NCBI GenBank assembly: GCA_017938435.1
Contig: JAGBBO010000008.1
Location: forward strand, 74,525-138,524
DNA length: 64,000 nucleotides
DNA from: Alphaproteobacteria bacterium
GTDB lineage: Bacteria > Pseudomonadota > Alphaproteobacteria > Rs-D84 > CACZYB01
Direction: 5' to 3'
Positions 37,192-47,493 of the stretch are shown in pieces (the stretch's first letter is position 1; each line of letters starts with the position of its first letter). The notes under the pieces are model-generated. The model saw only the letters and a program-made list of their open reading frames with translations. It was not told the origin of the DNA and ran no database searches. The position numbers and the translations under genes were made by a program.

Positions 37192-38016
37192 TTATTTTGA
37201 TTGTTTGATTGCTTCCATCATTGCAGGAGCTTCGATGAAGCCACGGAAGAATTGATCACCGATGATGAATGCTGGTGTTCCTTGGATACCAAGTTTTGTA
37301 GCAAGTTCACGTGTTCTGATGATTTCTTCTTCAACAGCAGGATTTTCCATGTCTTTTTTAAGTTTTTCAACATCAAGACCTGCTTTCTTTGCGGCACCGA
37401 ATACAATAGCTTTTATTTGTTCATTAACATCTTTTTCTGAAGCTTTATCATTTTGTTCAGGAATCAAGTTTGTTGAGAACAATGCTTGGTGTAATTCGTT
37501 TGCTTTACCTTGCATTTGAGCTGCGATAACTGCACGTCCAGGAATTTGTGAAGGTGGGAAAATTGGGAATGATTTCAAAACAACTTTCACATCTTTTTCT
37601 TGTTCAAGAACTTCATTTAATGCAGCGTGTCCACGTTTACAGAAACCACAGTTGTAATCATAGAATTCATAGACAACAACTTTTCCATCAGGATTTCCGA
37701 CGATTGGAGCATATTTAGAATCTTCTGCAGAAATATTTTTCAATGCGTCTTTAGCAGCTTCCATTTGTTTTTTTCTTTCATTTTCTTCTAATTTTTTAAC
37801 AGTGTCTGTTAAAATTTCAGGATTGCCAATCATAGCAATTCTTACAACAGAATGAGCTGTTGTATAAATAGCAAGAAACAAAATAACGATAGGTGCAACG
37901 ATTGTTGCAAGAATTGTTGTTGATTTTTTGCTAAAAGTTTTTGTTGCAACTTTCTTTGTATAAAGAACGAAAGCAACTGTTAGTAATAAACCAATTATTA
38001 AAGTTAATGTATTCAT
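37192..38016 (-). CDS. DsbA-family thiol:disulfide oxidoreductase with N-terminal membrane anchor
   Basis: CGFC active site in a thioredoxin fold. Start refined to MNTLTLIIG (RBS ggagaaag); the longer 335-aa ORF extends into unlikely upstream sequence. Confidence 0.65.
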   Translation of the reverse strand: MNTLTLIIGLLLTVAFVLYTKKVATKTFSKKSTTILATIVAPIVILFLAIYTTAHSVVRIAMIGNPEILTDTVKKLEENERKKQMEAAKDALKNISAEDSKYAPIVGNPDGKVVVYEFYDYNCGFCKRGHAALNEVLEQEKDVKVVLKSFPIFPPSQIPGRAVIAAQMQGKANELHQALFSTNLIPEQNDKASEKDVNEQIKAIVFGAAKKAGLDVEKLKKDMENPAVEEEIIRTRELATKLGIQGTPAFIIGDQFFRGFIEAPAMMEAIKQSK

Positions 38017-38161
38017 ATTTTCTTTCTCCTTTTCTTTTTGTTTATGAAAACATAGTGATGATAGTGCTGTATTTAAAAATTGTAAAGAGTTTTTTCTCTT
38101 TTTTCTTGAAAAATTTATTGTATATGATACCTTTAGACAATAAATGAAAGTAAGGTGAATT

Positions 38162-39967
38162 ATGAAAACTCCGAAAGAAAATATTAGAAATTTTTCCATT
38201 GTAGCCCATATTGATCACGGAAAATCTACTTTGGCAGATAGACTTATTCAAAAATGTGGGGCTGTTAGTGATAGGGAAATGAAAGATCAAATCCTTGACA
38301 ATATGGATATTGAAAGGGAAAGAGGTATTACTATAAAATCCCAGACTTGTCGTCTTAATTATAAGGCAAAGGATGGAAAAATGTATCAATTAAATCTTAT
38401 TGATACACCAGGGCATGTCGATTTTTCGTATGAGGTTTCGCGTTCTCTTTCTGCGTGTGAAGGGGCTTTGTTAGTTGTTGATGCTTCACAGGGGGTTGAG
38501 GCTCAGACTTTGGCTAATGCCTATAAGGCGATAGATGCTGATTTACAAATAGAAGTTGTTTTGAATAAAGTTGATTTACCTGCTGCTGATGTGGATAGGG
38601 TTAAACAGCAAGTTGAAGATGTTATTGGAATTGATGCTTCGCAATCATTACTTATTTCTGCAAAAACAGGATTGGGTATTGATGATGTATTAGAGGCTAT
38701 TGTGACAAGACTTCCATCACCAAAAGATATGGATGATAAACCGTTAAGGGCTCTTATCGTTGATAGTTGGTATGATGTTTATTTAGGCGTTGTAATGCTT
38801 GTCAGAATTGTTGATGGTGTTATTCATAAGGGTGATGAATTTAAGATGATGTCAAATGGGGCAGGGTATAAGGCTGAACAAATAGGTGTATTTACCCCAA
38901 AAATGCAACAAGTTGATGAACTTTCATCTGGTGAAGTTGGATATATTATAAGTGGTATTAAGCAACTTTCTGATTGTAGAGTTGGCGATACATTAACTCT
39001 TATAAAAACACCAGCCGAAGAACCACTTCCTGGTTTTAAACCATCAGTGCCAGTTGTATTTTCATCTATATTTCCGGTTGATGCTTCGGATTATCCTTTG
39101 CTTAAGGAGGCAGTGGCAAAACTTGAACTTAATGATGCAAGTTTTGTGTATGAAATAGAAAATTCTCCGGCATTAGGTTTTGGTTTTAGATGTGGATTTT
39201 TAGGTCTTCTTCATATGGAAATTATAGAGGAAAGACTTGAGCGAGAATTTAATTTGGATATTATTACAACGGCACCGTCTGTGGCTTATAAATTACATCT
39301 TACTAATGGAGAAGATGTGACTTTGACTACTCCTGCTGATATGCCAGAACCTTCAAAAATAAGAAGTATGGAAGAACCTTTGGTGCGTGCAACTATTATG
39401 ACTCCTGATGAATATTTAGGGGCAATTATGAAACTTTGCACTGATAGAAGGGGAATTCAAGAAAATCTTACTTATGTAGGAAGTAGGGCTATGGTGGTTT
39501 ATAAACTTCCACTTAATGAAATAGTTTTTGATTTTTATGATAGACTTAAATCTATTAGTTCTGGTTATGCAAGTTTTGATTATGAACTTTGTGAATATCA
39601 AGAGGCTGAACTTGCAAAGGTTTCGATACTTATAAATGAGGAACCTGTGGAGGCATTATCATTTATTGCTCATAAAACGGAAGTTGAAAAACGAGGTAGG
39701 GCAATTTGTGAAAGACTTAAAACCCTTATTCCGCGTCATATGTTTAAAATTCCAATACAGGCTGCTATTGGGGGTAAGGTTATTGCAAGAGAAACTATTT
39801 CTGCGTATAGGAAAGATGTTCTTGCAAAATGTTATGGTGGTGATATTTCACGAAAAAGAAAATTGCTTGATAAACAAAAGAAGGGAAAAAAGAGGATGAG
39901 GACTTTTGGTTCTGTGGAAATTCCTCAGGAGGCATTTATACAAGCTCTTAAAATAGGTGATGATTAG
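38162..39967 (+). CDS. lepA: elongation factor 4 (LepA)
   Basis: 601 aa. GTPase motifs ([21 protein letters not shown]) and the LepA-specific C-terminal domain. Confidence 0.95.
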   Translation: MKTPKENIRNFSIVAHIDHGKSTLADRLIQKCGAVSDREMKDQILDNMDIERERGITIKSQTCRLNYKAKDGKMYQLNLIDTPGHVDFSYEVSRSLSACEGALLVVDASQGVEAQTLANAYKAIDADLQIEVVLNKVDLPAADVDRVKQQVEDVIGIDASQSLLISAKTGLGIDDVLEAIVTRLPSPKDMDDKPLRALIVDSWYDVYLGVVMLVRIVDGVIHKGDEFKMMSNGAGYKAEQIGVFTPKMQQVDELSSGEVGYIISGIKQLSDCRVGDTLTLIKTPAEEPLPGFKPSVPVVFSSIFPVDASDYPLLKEAVAKLELNDASFVYEIENSPALGFGFRCGFLGLLHMEIIEERLEREFNLDIITTAPSVAYKLHLTNGEDVTLTTPADMPEPSKIRSMEEPLVRATIMTPDEYLGAIMKLCTDRRGIQENLTYVGSRAMVVYKLPLNEIVFDFYDRLKSISSGYASFDYELCEYQEAELAKVSILINEEPVEALSFIAHKTEVEKRGRAICERLKTLIPRHMFKIPIQAAIGGKVIARETISAYRKDVLAKCYGGDISRKRKLLDKQKKGKKRMRTFGSVEIPQEAFIQALKIGDD

Positions 39968-39975
39968 AGGTTAAG

Positions 39976-40293
39976 ATGAAGGAATATTTGGATAATAAAT
40001 TCGAAAATGTTGATGCGATAAATGGTATAAAATATTACTATTTTGGAAAGACTTATTTTATAGATAATTCGAAAATGTCACTTGCAAAGAAAAAGAAAAA
40101 TTTACTTAATATTTTGGATGAAGTGAAGCATGATATATTACTTCAAAATCCAGCTTTGAAGGCAACTAAAATTACGATAGAAGATATTATTTATAAAAAA
40201 ATTGATGCTGTGGAATTCCAGATTGAAGTAAAAAAATTTAAACCGACTAAAATAAATTTGTTTAATATTTTTTGTAGATATAGATTAAAATGA
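39976..40293 (+). CDS. small hypothetical protein (first of an overlapping pair)
   Basis: 105 aa. RBS gaggttaag. Its stop overlaps the next start (ATGA). No recognisable domain. Confidence 0.45.
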   Translation: MKEYLDNKFENVDAINGIKYYYFGKTYFIDNSKMSLAKKKKNLLNILDEVKHDILLQNPALKATKITIEDIIYKKIDAVEFQIEVKKFKPTKINLFNIFCRYRLK

Positions 40294-40589
40294 AAAATAA
40301 TTCAAATGTATATTATGAAAATTATTATTTGAGTGAATTGGATAGAATTAAAGATATAAAATCTTCTAAAAAGCGTTATAGCGAAATGCTTTCTCTTGCT
40401 CAAAAATGGGCGGATGATAAAGAAATAAAACAAAATATTACAGATACTTTTTGCCAACTTATATCAGAAATGATATTGGATAGATTAAAGCGTTATAGAC
40501 CTCTTTCTATAAAAGAGAAGATTAGAAAACATCAAATGGATAAAAAATTGAATAAAATGTATGAAGAAACAATTAGTAAAAATAAATAA
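40290..40589 (+). CDS. small hypothetical protein (second of an overlapping pair)
   Basis: 99 aa, basic, helical-looking. No recognisable domain. Confidence 0.45.
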   Translation: MKNNSNVYYENYYLSELDRIKDIKSSKKRYSEMLSLAQKWADDKEIKQNITDTFCQLISEMILDRLKRYRPLSIKEKIRKHQMDKKLNKMYEETISKNK

Positions 40590-40745
40590 TTTCAATTCAT
40601 TATTTTATTAGTGTAAGTTTTTATGAATAAAATTAAAGCAAGCGTTTGATTTTTGAAAAATATTAAAAAATTCTTGCAAATTCAAAAAGATATTCTATAA
40701 TCTTTTATAGTTTAAAAGTAAAATCGTAAATAGGAGTAGTTCAAA

Positions 40746-41513
40746 ATGGAAAATTTATCTGCAAATCTTCATGTTTTAGTAAGTGCATGTCAAAAAGTTT
40801 CAAGGTTTATGTTAAGGGATTTCGGGGAAATTGAACAACTCCAATCTTCTGTAAATGGTGCTGAAAATTTTGCATCTGCATCGAAAACAAAAATCGAAAA
40901 AATTTTAATAGAAACTCTTTTAGAAGCAAGACCAAAGTATGGGATTCTTTCTGCTACACAAGAAATAAAAGGAACAGATATTTCTCATAGATTTATTGTT
41001 AATGTTTTGGATGGTTTTGAAAATTATGTTCGTGGTCTTCCATTTTTTACAATTTCTATTGCATTACAAGAGCAAAAAAATCTTATTGCTTCGGTAATTT
41101 ATAATCCTGTGCTTGATAAAATGTATTATGCAGAAAAGGGAACAGGAACATTTGTTTCAGAATCAAGAATGACAAGAAGAATAAGAATTTCACCTAAACG
41201 CGAACTTTTCAATTCTATTATTGCAGAATCAGGCAGACTTTCTCATTTTTCAACTGCAAAAATTATTGATTTTGGTTCAATTGGGCTTTCTCTTGGATAT
41301 GTTGCATCTGGTATGATTGATGCCTTTGTTGGATTTGAAAAAAATGTATTTGATTTGGCTGCTGGGCTTTTAATTGTAAAAGAAGCTGGTGGTATTATTC
41401 GTTCTTTTGATAAGGATGGTAAAGATACAGAAGAAATTTTTGGTGCTGATATGATTGTTTGTGGAAATAGTTATTTACAATCTGAAATCAAAGGTTGTAT
41501 AATGAAAAAATAA
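40746..41513 (+). CDS. suhB: inositol monophosphatase family protein
   Basis: 255 aa with IMPase motifs (VLDGFENYVRGLPFF; FDLAAGLLIVKEAGG). Confidence 0.75.
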   Translation: MENLSANLHVLVSACQKVSRFMLRDFGEIEQLQSSVNGAENFASASKTKIEKILIETLLEARPKYGILSATQEIKGTDISHRFIVNVLDGFENYVRGLPFFTISIALQEQKNLIASVIYNPVLDKMYYAEKGTGTFVSESRMTRRIRISPKRELFNSIIAESGRLSHFSTAKIIDFGSIGLSLGYVASGMIDAFVGFEKNVFDLAAGLLIVKEAGGIIRSFDKDGKDTEEIFGADMIVCGNSYLQSEIKGCIMKK

Positions 41514-41532
41514 GACTAAAGGAGAGTTTAAT

Positions 41533-42372
41533 ATGAAAAAATTTATGTTATTTTTGAGTGCTGTTGTTACAACTTTTTCACCGGTATTGGCTGGGGAAAA
41601 TAAAAAATCAAACAAGCGTTTGAATTTTGAACTTATGGAACCTGTAAAACTTAAAAACCCGACTGCGTTGAATTGGGGATTAGAGGCTGGTGGTCCAAAA
41701 CATACCATTTATAAAAAGGTTAAACCTGCAACTATTGTTATTGAAGAAACAAAAGTTGTTGAACCTATTGTTGTGGAAACTCCTGTAAAAGAGGAAGTTA
41801 AACCAGTTGTAATTAAAACAGAAGAAAAAAAGGTTGAACCTATTAAACAAGAAAATCCTGTTGTAAATATTCCAGAGGAACCTTTTGAATTAAAAGAAGA
41901 GGCTCCTGTTGTAAAAGAGGAAAAACAAGAAATATCTCAAACAGATAAAAATATAGATGAGGCTAAAAAACTTTTGCGTGTTGCTGAGAAATTAGCAAAT
42001 TCTGTTGCAGAAGATGATGAAGTTGTTATCGAAAAGAAAGAGGTTGTGAAGCCTGTTATTGCAACAAGTTCAGAAAAACCAAGTTTCATTATCAAATTCG
42101 CAAAAGATGCAGAAGAACTTAAAAAATCTGATGAAAAAAAGATTGCTGATATGATTCCTGCAATTAAGGCAAATAGTGATGTAACAGTGAAAATTATTTC
42201 TTATTATTCTGCAAATTCAGGAAGAAATATTGCATTTTCAAGACTTTTGAATGCAAGAAAAGTTCTTCTTGAAAAAGATGTTCCTACATCACAGATTATG
42301 ATTATGGTTTTAGAAGATGAAGAAAAAAATGCTCCTAAATCAGACATATTGGAAGTATTTTTTGTTCGTTAA
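41533..42372 (+). CDS. secreted protein with Pro/Glu/Val/Lys-rich repeat linker and degenerate OmpA-like C-terminal domain
   Basis: Signal peptide ending VLA. A (V/E/K/P)n low-complexity region. The C-terminal ~100 aa resemble OmpA_C (SANSGRNIAFSRLLNARKVLL). Confidence 0.5.
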   Translation: MKKFMLFLSAVVTTFSPVLAGENKKSNKRLNFELMEPVKLKNPTALNWGLEAGGPKHTIYKKVKPATIVIEETKVVEPIVVETPVKEEVKPVVIKTEEKKVEPIKQENPVVNIPEEPFELKEEAPVVKEEKQEISQTDKNIDEAKKLLRVAEKLANSVAEDDEVVIEKKEVVKPVIATSSEKPSFIIKFAKDAEELKKSDEKKIADMIPAIKANSDVTVKIISYYSANSGRNIAFSRLLNARKVLLEKDVPTSQIMIMVLEDEEKNAPKSDILEVFFVR

Positions 42373-42391
42373 TATTTGAAAGGTTTTTAAA

Positions 42392-43369
42392 ATGATTGAT
42401 ACAGAAGTTATGTCTTTGATAAAAGATGTTTTGAAACAAGAAACAAATGCTATTGCAGCTTTGGAAAATAATTTTCCGGTTGATGCGTTTGTTAAGGTGG
42501 TTAATTACATTACAAACGATCTTACTGGAAAAATTGTTGTGACAGGACTTGGAAAGTCAGGTGATGTTGGTAAAAGATTGGCAAATACTTTGACATCTAC
42601 GGGAACAAGATCAGTTTATCTTCATTGTGTAGAGGCTTCTCATGGTGATATGGGAATTATTGCTGATGATGATTTGGTTATTGCTATTTCAAATTCTGGT
42701 GAAACAAAGGAAATGGCTGATGTTGTCAATTATACAAGAAGGTTTGGTATAAAATTGGTGGCAATTTGTGCAAATCCAAATAGTATGCTTGGTTCTCATG
42801 CTGATATAAACCTAACAATTCCAGATTTACCAGAGGCATGTTTGATTGGAAAGGCTCCTACTGTTTCGATTATACTTTTGACAACTATGGCGAACCTTTT
42901 GATTATTGCCCTTGAAAAGGCAAAAGGTTTTACATCAGAGATGTATAAAAATTGGCATCCACATGGCAAACTTGGAGCTTCTCTTTTGAAAGTATCTGAA
43001 CTTATGCATAGTGGTGATGAACTTCCTTTGGTAAAAGAAAATTCTTTGATGATGGGTGTTTTTGATGTTATGAGCAGGAAAGTTCGTTTTGGTTGTGTTG
43101 GTGTTGTTGATAATGATGGTCGTCTTGTTGGTATATTTACCGATGGAGATATCAGAAGAAGACTTTCTGAAGGTGTAAATCTTATGGAAAAAACTATTTC
43201 AGAGGTTATGGGAAAGTCACCAAAAACTATATCATCAGATAGTTTGGCTGCTGCTGCATTACTTAAAATTAACGAAAGTAAAATACAAGCATTGTTTGTT
43301 GTAGATAATGATAACAGACCTGTTGGTATTATAAGTTTCCATGATTTATTAAAAGCAGGATTAGTTTAA
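42392..43369 (+). CDS. kdsD: arabinose-5-phosphate isomerase (KdsD/KpsF)
   Basis: 325 aa with an SIS domain (VVTGLGKSGDVGKRLANTL) and tandem CBS domains. Confidence 0.85.
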   Translation: MIDTEVMSLIKDVLKQETNAIAALENNFPVDAFVKVVNYITNDLTGKIVVTGLGKSGDVGKRLANTLTSTGTRSVYLHCVEASHGDMGIIADDDLVIAISNSGETKEMADVVNYTRRFGIKLVAICANPNSMLGSHADINLTIPDLPEACLIGKAPTVSIILLTTMANLLIIALEKAKGFTSEMYKNWHPHGKLGASLLKVSELMHSGDELPLVKENSLMMGVFDVMSRKVRFGCVGVVDNDGRLVGIFTDGDIRRRLSEGVNLMEKTISEVMGKSPKTISSDSLAAAALLKINESKIQALFVVDNDNRPVGIISFHDLLKAGLV

Positions 43370-44023
43370 TTGAAAATTTTTAAAAAAATTAAAACTTATA
43401 AACGAGCTGTGCGTGTTTTATATAAAAATATGACTACGCACAGCCGTGTTGTTTTTCTTTTGAAAATTGCTTTGCCAAGTTTTATTGCTTTGTTTTTAGG
43501 GATGATTATTATTGTTCCAAATATTGATGATAAAATTAAAAATATAAAAATATCTATGCCAAGTTTGGAAAGCACAGATAAAATTTCATTCAATATGGAT
43601 AGGGCTGATTTTTATGGTCAAGGTGATGATAATACTTTATTTTCTGTGAATATCGAAAATTTTAAGGAAAATAAAGAAAATCAAGAAATGTATTTTTCAA
43701 AGATAAAGAGTAAAATATTTTTGGAAGATGGTAGTTGGATTGACCTTTCAACTGATGATGGAAATTATAAAAAAACAAAAAATATGTTTTCTATGCGTGG
43801 AAATATTTATTTGTTTGATAGTGATAATAATCAAGTTTATACAGATGAAGCTGATGTAAATCTTAAAGATATGACTGTATCTGGGGATAAAAAAATTCGT
43901 GCGATTACTCCGTTTGGAGAAATAGAAAGTGATGGCTTTTATTTCAAAAAGAACGAAGTATATCACTTTCTTGGTAAAGTGAAGGGTAATATAGATACTT
44001 CGAAAATTCAAAAATCTAAATAG
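43370..44023 (+). CDS. lptC: LPS export system protein LptC-like
   Basis: 217 aa with an N-terminal TM anchor followed by a beta-rich periplasmic domain. Sits immediately after kdsD, as in the kdsD-lptC arrangement. Confidence 0.45.
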   Translation: MKIFKKIKTYKRAVRVLYKNMTTHSRVVFLLKIALPSFIALFLGMIIIVPNIDDKIKNIKISMPSLESTDKISFNMDRADFYGQGDDNTLFSVNIENFKENKENQEMYFSKIKSKIFLEDGSWIDLSTDDGNYKKTKNMFSMRGNIYLFDSDNNQVYTDEADVNLKDMTVSGDKKIRAITPFGEIESDGFYFKKNEVYHFLGKVKGNIDTSKIQKSK

Positions 44024-45605
44024 ATTTCTTTACAATTATTGAAAGTTGACGACCTTCATCTGTAGGAGTGTTGTTTGCATAGTCTTTTGTAATAACGCTT
44101 CTTCGATAACTAAAGAATAAATCACTTTCTTTATATGTATCAAATGGCAAAATTTCAATATTTTTTATACCTTCAGCATTTAACTTCATTTTACAGAAAC
44201 CAGAACAATCGAAAAGATACTTTTCATCTTTTGGAATAAATAAACTTTCAAAATTTTCGTTTTCTTTTGTAATTTTTTCCATAAAATCTTTATCAACTTC
44301 GTATGAATTTTGTTTTAGACATGGACCTAAAACAACCTTTATATCACGAGGATTTGAACCAAAAGATTTCATTTTTTCAATAGCTGTATGCACAATATTT
44401 TTATGTATTCCTTGCCATCCACAATGAATTGCACCTATAAGGCCTGTTTTTTCATCGGAAATAAGTAGGGGAACGCAATCTGCTGTAAGTATGCCAATAG
44501 CCAAGTTAGGTTGATTTGTGATTATACCATCAACTTTCATATTTAGATATTTTTCAATATCTTTAACAGGTGTATCAATATAAATAACTTCGTTGGTGTG
44601 TTGTTGATTAACTGTGATTAAAGATGTATCAGAATTCAATCCCAAATCATTTAATAATCTATGGCGATTTTCAGCAACATTTTCCTTTGAATCTGATGTT
44701 TCAAATTTGCAATTTGCGGATGCAAAAACGCCAGATGATACACCATTTTGTCTTGTAAAAAATCTAGTTTTAATAGATTGATTTTCAAGAAATGGTGAAG
44801 AAACATATTTTTGAATAACTTGTTCCTTTTTTGATAAGTAGATTATTGCTGTTATTGATGCAAGAATCATTGGAATAGTTAAAAGTTGTCCCATTGTTAT
44901 GCCAAATTTTAAAAATCCAATTTGAGCATCTGGTTCACGAAAGTTTTCGATAATAATTCTTGCAATACCATACAAACCAACAAATGCAAATGCAGTTGTG
45001 CCGTAACGATTTTTTACGGCTTTGAATTTATGTATTACAAAAAGAATTAAAAATAAAATTAAACCTTCGCCAAATGCTTCGTAAAGTTGACTTGGATGAC
45101 GAGGAAGTCCGTCGGTGTTAGGAAAAATAATTCCTAAAGATGATAAGGTTGGTCTTCCGTAAAGTTCACCATTTATGAAGTTTGCTATACGACCAAGAAA
45201 TAGTCCAATAGGGGCAGCCATTGCAAATAAATCAGCAATTTGAAAAAATGACTTTTTATGATATCTACACCATAAAAATATTGTTGTTATTACACCAACA
45301 AGTCCGCCGTGAAATGACATTCCTCCTTCCCATATTTTGAATATATCAAGAGGGCGAGAAATATAATAACTGAAATTATAAAATAATGTATAACCAACAC
45401 GACCGCCGATAACAACACCCAAAACACAATTTGTAAATAAATCATCAAGTTCTGAATATGAAATAGCAGTATTTGTGCTATGTCTTAATATGTGTTTAAT
45501 ATAATAAAATGCAAATATAAATCCAAATATGTAAGAGAGTGCATACCAACGAATATCAAATCCTAAAATAGATATTGCAACAGGGGATATATTTGGAAAT
45601 TGCAT
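44016..45605 (-). CDS. lgt: prolipoprotein diacylglyceryl transferase (Lgt) fused in frame to a PgeF/YfiH (DUF152, Cu-oxidase_4) domain
   Basis: Residues 1-~265 form the Lgt membrane domain (GGRVGYTLFYN, WEGGMSFHGGLVG). Residues ~280-529 carry PgeF motifs (TADCVPLL...HCGWQG). The reading frame is continuous. Confidence 0.7.
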   Translation of the reverse strand: MQFPNISPVAISILGFDIRWYALSYIFGFIFAFYYIKHILRHSTNTAISYSELDDLFTNCVLGVVIGGRVGYTLFYNFSYYISRPLDIFKIWEGGMSFHGGLVGVITTIFLWCRYHKKSFFQIADLFAMAAPIGLFLGRIANFINGELYGRPTLSSLGIIFPNTDGLPRHPSQLYEAFGEGLILFLILFVIHKFKAVKNRYGTTAFAFVGLYGIARIIIENFREPDAQIGFLKFGITMGQLLTIPMILASITAIIYLSKKEQVIQKYVSSPFLENQSIKTRFFTRQNGVSSGVFASANCKFETSDSKENVAENRHRLLNDLGLNSDTSLITVNQQHTNEVIYIDTPVKDIEKYLNMKVDGIITNQPNLAIGILTADCVPLLISDEKTGLIGAIHCGWQGIHKNIVHTAIEKMKSFGSNPRDIKVVLGPCLKQNSYEVDKDFMEKITKENENFESLFIPKDEKYLFDCSGFCKMKLNAEGIKNIEILPFDTYKESDLFFSYRRSVITKDYANNTPTDEGRQLSIIVKKSI

Positions 45606-45606
45606 T

Positions 45607-46572
45607 TTATGCCTCCTTATTTTCTTTTAAACTATTTATGATAAATTTTATTGTTGGATAATAATATCCTGTTAAAAGTGTGCCAATTAACATAATTATA
45701 TAAAGTCCAGAAAGTCCGCCAATTATAGCTATTTGTAATCCTTGGGCTATCATATAAAAATTTCCGTATGTTTCAATAGTTGTATCATTTTTTTCAATAA
45801 AGAAGAAAAGGCTTGTTAGTATGCTGAAAATATAAAGCAAACTTAATGCAATTTGAGATTCTGTGAAAAAGAAGAATAACAATCCAGTTAAAGAAAATGT
45901 TATTAAACTTTTTTTAAGGAAATTTATTCCAGCAAATGTCTTTGGCTTTTTGAATAATATTTTTTTGTTCCTTAAAAACTTGAAACAAAGGAATGTTAAA
46001 ACTGTTGCATTTATTACGATTATTAACGCAAATTCAAATATTGTAAATAAATCAAGTTTTCCAGAAATACCTGTGCCTAAAACTTTTGGATAAAGGAATA
46101 AGATGAAAGATATTATAAGCAATATTATATTTAAAATGCCGGCGTATTTTACGAATATATTTGTTGTTTTTTCAATAATTCGGGTAAATTTTCTTTTTTT
46201 AAAGGATGTCAAAACCCAAACAAAAAATGCAAATACAAGCCATAAATTAAATCTATCTATTCCTGATATTAAATTAGAATTACATTCAATAGATTCTTTG
46301 TTAATACTTGGAACTTCGGTATAAGTAGAAACACCAGTCGATTTTACTTCTTCTTTTTTTTCTGGTTCTTGAACACTATCGCGTTTAAGTTCTGTTGTTT
46401 CAATATTTTCAGAATTTTCAGTAGAAATTTTTTCATTGGTTTCATTTGAAATAGTCGAATTTTCCATTATTTGAGATGGATTGTCATTCGCAATTTCATC
46501 AATATTTTGTGTAGTTTGTTGATCATCATTTTCAACAAAATTAACTGTGTAAAATGGATTGTTTTCGAACAT
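45607..46572 (-). CDS. hypothetical polytopic membrane protein with acidic N-terminal domain
   Basis: 321 aa. About 110 aa of acidic, Ser/Thr/Asn-rich sequence, then at least 6 TM helices. Its stop abuts the lgt start. Confidence 0.5.
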   Translation of the reverse strand: MFENNPFYTVNFVENDDQQTTQNIDEIANDNPSQIMENSTISNETNEKISTENSENIETTELKRDSVQEPEKKEEVKSTGVSTYTEVPSINKESIECNSNLISGIDRFNLWLVFAFFVWVLTSFKKRKFTRIIEKTTNIFVKYAGILNIILLIISFILFLYPKVLGTGISGKLDLFTIFEFALIIVINATVLTFLCFKFLRNKKILFKKPKTFAGINFLKKSLITFSLTGLLFFFFTESQIALSLLYIFSILTSLFFFIEKNDTTIETYGNFYMIAQGLQIAIIGGLSGLYIIMLIGTLLTGYYYPTIKFIINSLKENKEA

Positions 46573-46623
46573 ATTTTTCTCCTTTATAAAACTTTAAAAT
46601 ATGATATAATATAAAAGTTGTAA

Positions 46624-47376
46624 TTGCAAGAGGCAAAGATTATGAAAATAGAAATAAATACACTTTTGGGTGGAAAAGTTAAAATTGCACAGTTTGAAAA
46701 AGGGGTAAAAGTTTCATCGGATGCAGTATTACTTTCATCAATTATTGATGTCAAGTTGGCTAAAAAAATTCATAATGTTTTAGATGTCGGTGTCGGAGGC
46801 GGTGGTATTTCTCTTTGCTTACTTAAAAGATTTAATCATCTTAATGTATTAGGTATTGATGTTCAAGACGAGATGCTTTCTTTGGCAAAAGAAAGTATAA
46901 AAGTTAATGGTTTTGATATGTGTTTTTCTGTTGCAAAAGATGATATTTTGAAACCATCAAAAACTTTGAAAGATATGGAATTTGATTTAGTTATTACAAA
47001 TCCCCCTTATTATAAAGGGCATACTTCTCCTGATAAAATTAAAGCAAAAGCACATAGTGAACAAGGTCTTGATTTATCAGAATGGATAAAAATGTGTATA
47101 AAAAGACTTAGAACAGGTGGCGTTTTTGCAATGGTGCATAAGGCTGAACGAATTGATGATATAATGTTTGCTTTAAAACAAAATGGTATGGGAAAAATAG
47201 AAATAGTTTTGCTTTATTCAAAGAAAGGTGAAGCCGCAAACCGTGTTTTAGTTAGAGCAGTAAAATCATCAAAATCTCCTGCTGTGATTTACCCACCAAT
47301 AATTTTACATAGCACTAATGGTGAATATACAGATAAAGCACAATCAGTGTTGTTAGATGGTGAAAGCATAATTTAG
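46624..47376 (+). CDS. SAM-dependent N6-adenine methyltransferase (TrmN6/YfiC-like)
   Basis: 250 aa with a SAM-binding motif VLDVGVGGG and the NPPY motif (VITNPPYY). Confidence 0.65.
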   Translation: MQEAKIMKIEINTLLGGKVKIAQFEKGVKVSSDAVLLSSIIDVKLAKKIHNVLDVGVGGGGISLCLLKRFNHLNVLGIDVQDEMLSLAKESIKVNGFDMCFSVAKDDILKPSKTLKDMEFDLVITNPPYYKGHTSPDKIKAKAHSEQGLDLSEWIKMCIKRLRTGGVFAMVHKAERIDDIMFALKQNGMGKIEIVLLYSKKGEAANRVLVRAVKSSKSPAVIYPPIILHSTNGEYTDKAQSVLLDGESII

Positions 47377-47493
47377 GAATAGATTTTATTTATAGATTGT
47401 TTTTATCAAAGATTTTTTTTCTTAGTTCAAGACAATACAATGGAAAAATATGTTCCAGATGTAAAAAGAATGATTAAAAAGGTTAGGGGATGA

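Noticed and set aside
38017-38199. 61-aa N-terminal extension of the DsbA-like ORF
   Set aside because: The upstream Met gives a second hydrophobic segment without an RBS. The ATG at 38016 has an RBS and yields a normal membrane anchor + CGFC thioredoxin domain.
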